A stretch of DNA of 64,000 bases from Octopus vulgaris (lineage: Eukaryota), in contig OX597818.1 of the NCBI GenBank assembly GCA_951406725.2, positions 98,642,001-98,706,000 of the forward strand, in the 5' to 3' direction. Of this stretch, positions 54,824-64,000 are shown piece by piece. Made by a program: the position numbers and the translations under genes. Position 1 is the first letter of the stretch. Each line of letters starts with the position of its first letter. The notes beneath the pieces were generated by a model. The model did not search any database. It saw only the letters and a list, made by a program, of their open reading frames with translations, and was not told the origin of the DNA.

Positions 54824-55775
54824 AGGGAACCCGCCTTTAGGTAAGTATAGACATAATATGAATTTATTTCGTTAACAGACAACTCATGAGACTCGTTTAT
54901 GCAATTATAGAGTATATATTGTTAATAAGGAAGAAGAAATAATAGACGAATTTACGTTTAAAGTTATTTGAAATATTTTCGTATATTCTAGAAAAAATGT
55001 TTCAGTGGTGCTCGATTCCATTTCTATTGCTGTTAGCTGTTGAGGAACAATGCTCAGGCATTGTAAAACATTGTACTATCCGCAGAGGTAAATTTCCAGA
55101 GGAAACCATAGTAACCTATAATATGTTACGTCATGGCCTGTAGTCTGTCGCTTACTTGATCCATCTTAATCGCACTGCACCATACTTTAAAAAGTTATCT
55201 CTCTTGTAGATCACACGCCAAAGTAGTACTTTCTTTCACTCTCTCTCTCTTTCTCTGTCTGTCTCTGTATGTCTGTCTCTCCCTCTTTCTCTCTCTTCCT
55301 CCCTCTTTCTCTTTCTCTCTCTTTCTCTCTCTCTCTCTCCCCCTTACCTTTTGTGACAATGCCACACTTGTTCTCCTTGAAGCTCTTTTGGTTCTTTACT
55401 TCTCTCGTCACTCATATTATTTCTCATTTTGCTCTTCCAGGCATTACACTAACCTGGTTCTTTCTCCTGAGAACTTCGACTCCTTGGAATTCCCTCCATG
55501 CACACGTTTTGCTGCAGTCGACTGACAACTATTGAAGAGGAAAGTTTCTGCACGTCATTATCTCCGGTCTTCGATGTCATGTGCAAAGACCCATTCCTGC
55601 ATAACAATACAATCATCCAATAAAAAAAAATTGATAAAAAGAAAGCGAAATTTCAACTTCAAGTTATATAAACATGTATTTGTTTTGCTTTATATTTTGT
55701 CGTTTCTAAATCTAAACTTTACTGTTGCCTAATACTTCTTAATTGTTCAATATACTTTCAAAAACATTTTAAACA

Positions 55776-57635
<1,860 letters not shown>

Positions 57636-58458
57636 TAAATAGAGAGACAGAGACAGAGAGAGATGGGCAGTTGGGGAGATGGAGAGAGAGAGAGGGAGAC
57701 ATATACATACGTACATATACACACACAAGGCAGTTCACTTTAACAGAGCATTATGTCTACACCCAGTTTGGAAAACCTCATAAAGCAAGGAATAAGATCT
57801 GTTATCTTAATCTGGCTTGGCTACAGTCCAACATACGATGACAAACAATATTTTGTATCTACATTTTTAAAAATCAATTTAATATTGCGTTCATATACAT
57901 CAATAAAATGATCACTGTATGGAAGCTTACTTTTGCCTTCATACATTTTGAAAAAAGAAACATCGTTTATCATGTTCAATATTCTTCAACAACGTTATAT
58001 CTAAGGGAAGTAACTCTGATATAACTCCGAAGTAACTTCAGCATAAGGGAAGTTACTTCCCCTAGGCTGAAATTTTCAGCTATAAGGTAATAAACATTGT
58101 ACTAATAATTTAATAACTTTCAAAGGAAATACGTCTCTATACTGCTAAATAAACGTTGGTAATTCTTTCTGCTATAGACGCAAGGCCTGAAATTTTGTGG
58201 GGCGGGGCTAGTCAATCACATTGACGGCATTGCCCAGCTGGTGTTTATCTTATCGAATCCGAAATGTTGAAAGGCAAATTTGATGACGGTGGCATTTGAA
58301 TCCAGAACATAAAGCTGGAAGATATGCGTCTTTCATTTTTCTCCTACGTGCTTAATGACTCTGCCAGCACGCTGCATCAATTGTTAGTAATAACTACATC
58401 GTATTTGGCGTGGTGATGCGTACAAACGCCTGTGCGTTCGCGCATGCACACACACGCG

Positions 58459-58552
<94 letters not shown>

Positions 58553-58714
58553 TACACACACGAAGTTACATAAGACTAGAACTGTATTATTATAGATACA
58601 CCTACACAACTTAAATTAATGACGTGCCACCCGTGTTTCTTTCTTAGATATCTTGGGTTTATGCGTAAACTTTAAGGTGCGGCTGCATTCATAATACGGT
58701 TCAGTTAAATAGGT

Positions 58715-58777
58715 GGTTGGTTGGCTCAGTTCGTTGGAACGTCGTGGTAATAACGCGAATGCGCGAGTTCGAGTTCT
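58715..58777 (+). pseudogene. tRNA-Ile(AAT) pseudogene
   Basis: GGTTGGTTGGCTCAGTTCGTTGGAACGTCGTGGTAATAACGCGAATGCGCGAGTTCGAG matches the eukaryotic tRNA-Ile(AAT) pattern; the 3' acceptor strand is lost. Confidence 0.7.
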
Positions 58778-58927
58778 ATATATGCATGTGTGTGCTGGGG
58801 ACGGTGTAAATATAAAGTGTCACTTACCTCAATAAATCGAGTCCATTATAAACACTATTGACTGCAAGGGAAAGGTGTTCCCTTATGTGTGTCTGTTTGT
58901 ATGTATATATATAGCATATATATTATA

Positions 58928-59449
58928 TACATACATAAATACATACATACATACATACATACATGCATACATGCATACATATATACATATATACATACAT
59001 GCATACATACATGCATACATGCATGCATACATACATACACACAAACATACATACATGCATGCATGCATGCATGCATACATACATACATACATACATACAT
59101 ACATGCATACATACATACATACATACATACATGCATGCATGCATACATACATGCATGCATGCATACATACATACATACATACAAACATACATACATGCAT
59201 GCATGCATACATACATACATGCATACATACATACATACATACATACATACATACATACATACATACATACATACATACATACATACATACATACATACAT
59301 ACATACATACATACATACATGCATGCATACATACATACATACATACATACATACATACATGCATACAAACGTACATACATACATGCATGCATGCATACAT
59401 ACATACATACATACATACATACATACATACATACATACATACATACATA
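58928..59449. repeat. ~520-bp (CATA/CATG)n tract
   Basis: Direct reading. Confidence 0.98.
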
Positions 59450-59949
59450 AGTACACACCAACCAGTACTCTTCAAAAGAGTACTTCGCCTACACCCAGTC
59501 CCAATCTTTCGAAAATACCATCGACTGTGAAATTGTTTTCGTCCAACGATAACTTAATCTGTTCATCATATCACCAAAAGATATTCCTTGATATTATCGA
59601 TGAATTTTGGTTTACTGCTGAATTAGATTTCGTAGATATTATATCTTTCCATTAGTTCAGATAATAAAGGTGATTCGCTCCTATTCATGGGTTAGAGATC
59701 ACCCCTCTCCCTTTTAATCTGTTGTGTACTTGATGTTCTACTAGTTGAATGGTGCAATGCATAAGAAAGAGCCTGTCTCATCTTGTGATTATATGCGCAT
59801 CTAATGTATCATGTATATGCGCATCTCATGTATAACGCAAAGCATTATACATGAGAAGAAATAGTCCATTGACAAGGGGTAAATGGTAAAAGTAGCATAC
59901 ATGAGAAGTTGTAAGCTGCTTCAAGAAAGTTGCGTATGTGCGACTTAAG

Positions 59950-60445
59950 AGAGAAACTGTGTACAGTTGTGGAAATCAACTACCCTGCGGATGTTAATAC
60001 AACGCTAAAGGTCGGCAAAAAGCGAATACCTACGCTGAACTATTGAGAAATCTACAGCTATTCTATCCATATTACAAGTTCAGGTTTGTACCTGTAATTC
60101 TTAGGGCACTAGGATATGTAACACATTGCCAAAATATCAATTTTGAGAAATTAGGCCTCTCAAAACCAGAAAAGAGAAAACTTATTCAAAGTCTACAGAT
60201 CACTGGAACTGTAAAAATTTGTAAAACCTTCCTGAAGTTTATTAATAATTAAGTATTTATGAGCATGTCTAGATATGCAAGTATAAGCATGAGAGTATAT
60301 ACATAAAATAAAACATACAAATCTTCACATGTACTACATACACACATACAAAAATACTCTGTTGATGTTGTTGCTTAGATCTAGGTTAGAAATCGGCTCT
60401 TTCTCTGCTGCAAGAAATTTTGAAGTAAAACTGAATAATAACATA
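59950..60445 (+). mobile_element. 3' fragment of (CATA)n-associated R4-like LINE
   Basis: KLCTVVEIN..YYKFRFVPVILRALGYV..TGTVKICKTFLKF plus the shared 3' UTR. Confidence 0.85.
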
Positions 60446-60455
60446 CATATATACA

Positions 60456-60486
<31 letters not shown>

Positions 60487-60512
60487 ATGTGTGTGTGTGT
60501 GTGTGTGTCTGT

Positions 60513-60544
<32 letters not shown>

Positions 60545-60738
60545 ATCTGTCTGTCTGTGTCTGTGTGTGTGTGTGTGTGTGGTTCTGTGATCTATTCTTC
60601 TACATAGTACAACCAAATGACATTCGGACTATACCAGTATTCTTCTTCAGAGTTTTCCTTTGAATATACTGTAATACACATAAGGTTATACGCTGTGCAA
60701 TTTAAATTTAGATAACACCATATAATGATAAATGAATA

Positions 60739-60895
<157 letters not shown>

Positions 60896-60939
60896 GTCTA
60901 TACCTCGCTAAATATCGCTCTCCCTCTTTCTGTCTCTCT

Positions 60940-61027
<88 letters not shown>

Positions 61028-61108
61028 AATATATATCATTTTCATTTTCATCTAGCTTCAGCTCACGAGCTGTGGCCATGCTGGGGCACCGCCATTCAAA
61101 TGAAATGG

Positions 61109-61177
61109 AATGCTTACAGCACCTAGGTTTCCCAAGCGGTCACCCATTTAAGTACTAACTAGGCTCGATGTTGCTTA
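61109..61177 (-). pseudogene. 5S rRNA 3'-half fragment
   Basis: Minus strand TAAGCAACATCGAGCCTAGTTAGTACTTAAATGGGTGACCGCTTGGGAAACCTAGGTGCTGTAAGCA matches the 3' half of metazoan 5S rRNA. Confidence 0.85.
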
Positions 61178-61615
61178 TATACATATATATATATTACAGG
61201 AAAAGGACAGCAAAAACGAAGGCGAGATGAGTATCTCAAGTCATTTATAATAATTTGATTGAGATAAAGTGAATCTGAAGTCTTACAGCTGTTCCTGGGT
61301 TCTCGCAAGTGATAAGCTAGCCTGCCCATACAATTGACTTCAGAAAATATAGAAGACTGTGTAGTAAAATAAATATTAAAGCCTGAATTAAAAAGGATTA
61401 TAATATGTTTTCGTTTATTTTTATCTGAAGCAGCTGAGAAACACTCACATATGTTTACACGCACGTTTCACTACTTTATCATCCTGTAATGCGCCTGCTC
61501 TATGTTTCTTAGTAATTTGTAAAGTCGTAATATCAGTTTCCATTCCTACCGCACTCTTAGCAACTTTATAAGGGTGCACTCCCATTAATATCATTCAAAA
61601 TATCGATATTATATC

Positions 61616-61648
<33 letters not shown>

Positions 61649-61829
61649 AGCACAGGAGTGGCTGTGTGGTAAGTAGCTATAGGCGCAAGAGTGGCTGTGT
61701 GGTAAGTAGCTTGCTTACCAACCATATAGTTCCGGGTTCAGTCCCACTGTATGGCACCTTGGGCAAGTGTCTTCTGCTATAGCCTTGTGAGTGGATTTGG
61801 TAAACAGAAACTGAAAGAAGCCCGTCGTA

Positions 61830-61863
<34 letters not shown>

Positions 61864-62225
61864 ACGGGAAGCTTTATGAAAATAGACAAAAGACGAAGGC
61901 AGGTTTACGGAAATAAACAAAAGACGAAGGCAGGTGGAATACAAACAAACAATTGTATTAGTATGGCGCTCAGGAAATATAAATAAAACAAGTCTTTATA
62001 CATGTGTGTGCGTGTATGATTGTGTGTCTGCGTTTGGCCCCGTCGCATTGCTTGACAACCGATGCTGGCGTGTTTATGTCCCCGTCACTTAGCGGTTCGG
62101 CAAAAGAGACCGATAGAATAAGTACTAGGCTTACGAAAAATAAGTCCCGGGGTCGAGTTGCTCGACTAAAAGGCGGTGCTCCAGCATGGCCGCAGTCAAC
62201 TGACTGAAACAGGTAAAAGAGTAAA
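61649..62225 (+). mobile_element. SINE family A with duplicated head and an insertion in its microsatellite
   Basis: Head repeated at 61649 and 61682; unrelated insert at ~61863-62000. Confidence 0.85.
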
Positions 62226-62657
62226 AATGAGTATATTTAAACATCATACAGATCAATAAAATGATCATTGTCTACATCGCAGTCATTGCCCAGCTGGTGT
62301 TTATTTTATCGAGTCCGAAAGGCTGAAAGGAAAATAGACCTTGGCGGGAATTGAACTCAGAGCATAAAGCTCGAAACCGTACCGATAAGCATTTTGTTCA
62401 ACGTGCTAACGCTTCTGCTAGCATGCCGCTTTAATTAGTGATAACTGCCAACTAATTAGGCTTGCTGACACGCAGTCATATTTGTGCCCGCGCGCTTATA
62501 CAGACGAAGTTGCATAATAGGGCAATTTTCATTATCATAGATTCGCCCACTCAGCATGAATTAATGAGGTGTCAACAGTGTTTTTTTCATGTAGGTTATT
62601 CATAAGGATTTAGGCGTGACCGCGTTCATAATTGTATTGAACATCATAGTGTACAGG

Positions 62658-62722
62658 TAACGGTTAGCTCAGTTGGTTGGGGCGTTGTGCGAATAACGCG
62701 AATGCGGTGGGTTCGAATCTAT
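62658..62722 (+). pseudogene. tRNA-Ile(AAT) pseudogene
   Basis: CGGTTAGCTCAGTTGGTTGGGGCGTTGTGCGAATAACGCGAATGCGGTGGGTTCGAATC: A and B boxes intact, acceptor stem broken. Confidence 0.75.
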
Positions 62723-62873
62723 ACATATAGACGGTATACATAATTGTATGCGTGTGTGTGTACTTTAGAATGTATTCTTATTTGGATATATGATACATTG
62801 ACAATATATATATATGTGTGTGTGTGTGTGTGTTTGTGTCTCCGTGTGTGTGTACGTGCGTGTGTGTGTGTGC

Positions 62874-62911
<38 letters not shown>

Positions 62912-62956
62912 ACACAAAGTTCATGTATCTCGATTCATCGATATACGTCGATAGAC

Positions 62957-63030
62957 GGACGTTTAGTTCATTTAGTAAGAATGTCGTGCTAGCAACACGA
63001 ATGTCGTCGGTTCGAGCCCCGTACTGGCCA
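62957..63030 (+). pseudogene. Full-length tRNA-Ile-derived pseudogene, anticodon position reads AGC
   Basis: 74 nt ending GGTTCGAGCCCCGTACTGGCCA; anticodon arm TCGTG-CTAGCAA-CACGA. Mismatches in the acceptor and T stems. T-run terminator follows. Confidence 0.75.
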
Positions 63031-63057
63031 GTGAATATTTTTTTGTTTTTTTCTTTT

Positions 63058-63128
63058 ATCTCGTTAGTATAGTAAAAATTATCCAGCCTGTCTCAGGGGA
63101 TCCAGTGTTCGATTCTCAGCCGAAAATG
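63058..63128 (+). pseudogene. tRNA-Asp(GTC) pseudogene
   Basis: CTCGTTAGTATAGT..TATCC..GCCTGTC..GTTCGATTC matches tRNA-Asp; stems degraded. Confidence 0.7.
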
Positions 63129-63427
63129 TTGACTGATCTATAGGCGTAGGCATGACTGTTTGGATAAGAATGTTGCTTTGCAGCCATGTGGTCTACTTCA
63201 TCTGCAAGGCAACTTGAGCAAACGTCATCTACCATAGCCCCGGGTCCGACGAATATCTTGTGAGCTTGTGAGTAAATTTGATAGATGATAACTCTGCAGA
63301 AACATCCTAGTCCGTCCGCCCGCCCGTCCGTCCGTCCGTCCATCCATCCATCCATCCATCCATCTAACTATCTATCTGACTACATATATCTGTGAGTGAA
63401 TGCGTATTTTCATATATGCCTATATAA

Positions 63428-63537
<110 letters not shown>

Positions 63538-63551
63538 GTATATATATGCTG

Positions 63552-63832
63552 GGACCCCCTTCAGTCATGACTGACCATGGGATTGCGCCTAGAAAGTTAC
63601 CCTCCAAGACACAAGTCCGGACAAGGTTGTTTATGGAAGACCAGCAGTTATCCTAGGGAAAGGCAAAGGCCGATACAGTTTGGCACCTGTGACGTCGTAA
63701 CTCATTTCTACAGCTGAGTGAACTGGAGCAACGTGAAATAAAGAACACAACACGCAGCCCGGTCCGGGATTCGAACTCACAACCTCACGATCGTATGCTC
63801 GACGCTCTAACCACTGAGCCATGCGCCTTCAC
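63552..63832 (-). mobile_element. tRNA-derived SINE (head type D, third tail type)
   Basis: Minus strand GGCGCATGGCTCAGTGGTTAGAGCG..GAGTTCGAATCCC; tail ends CAGTCATGACTGAAGGGGGTC. Confidence 0.8.
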
Positions 63833-63841
63833 ACAAGTGTG

Positions 63842-64000
<159 letters not shown>

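Noticed and set aside
58855-59655. Long ORFs of 177-230 aa (MYVC/HTYI repeats), and similar ORFs at 16283, 35250, 40650 and 51814
   Set aside because: Stop-free translations of (CATA)n, (TA)n and (TG)n microsatellites, open in several frames.

Overview
AT-rich, microsatellite-dense eukaryotic DNA. The repeat landscape suggests an octopod cephalopod (Octopus-like); this is inferred from recalled repeat families, not a database match. Most of the window is transposon debris: several modular tRNA-derived SINE families, R4/Dong-like non-LTR retrotransposons, two mellifera-type mariners, an IR/DR Tc1-like element, MITEs, two non-autonomous Helitrons and Penelope-like foldbacks. Most ORF-track entries are microsatellite artefacts. 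The main result is a spliced + strand gene that the ORF track shows only in pieces: three ~300-nt phase-1/phase-1 exons (32917-33219, 39885-40205, 46370-46675), each encoding a divergent Ig-like domain with an extra C-x17-C pair, then a transmembrane exon (50706-50858) and a probable short tail exon (54777-54823). A decayed fourth Ig exon (32525-32821) suggests an A-B-A-B domain duplication. No convincing signal-peptide exon was found. The last 6 kb holds decayed Pol III genes (three tRNA-Ile-derived copies, one tRNA-Asp) and a 5S rRNA/retro-tail chimera.
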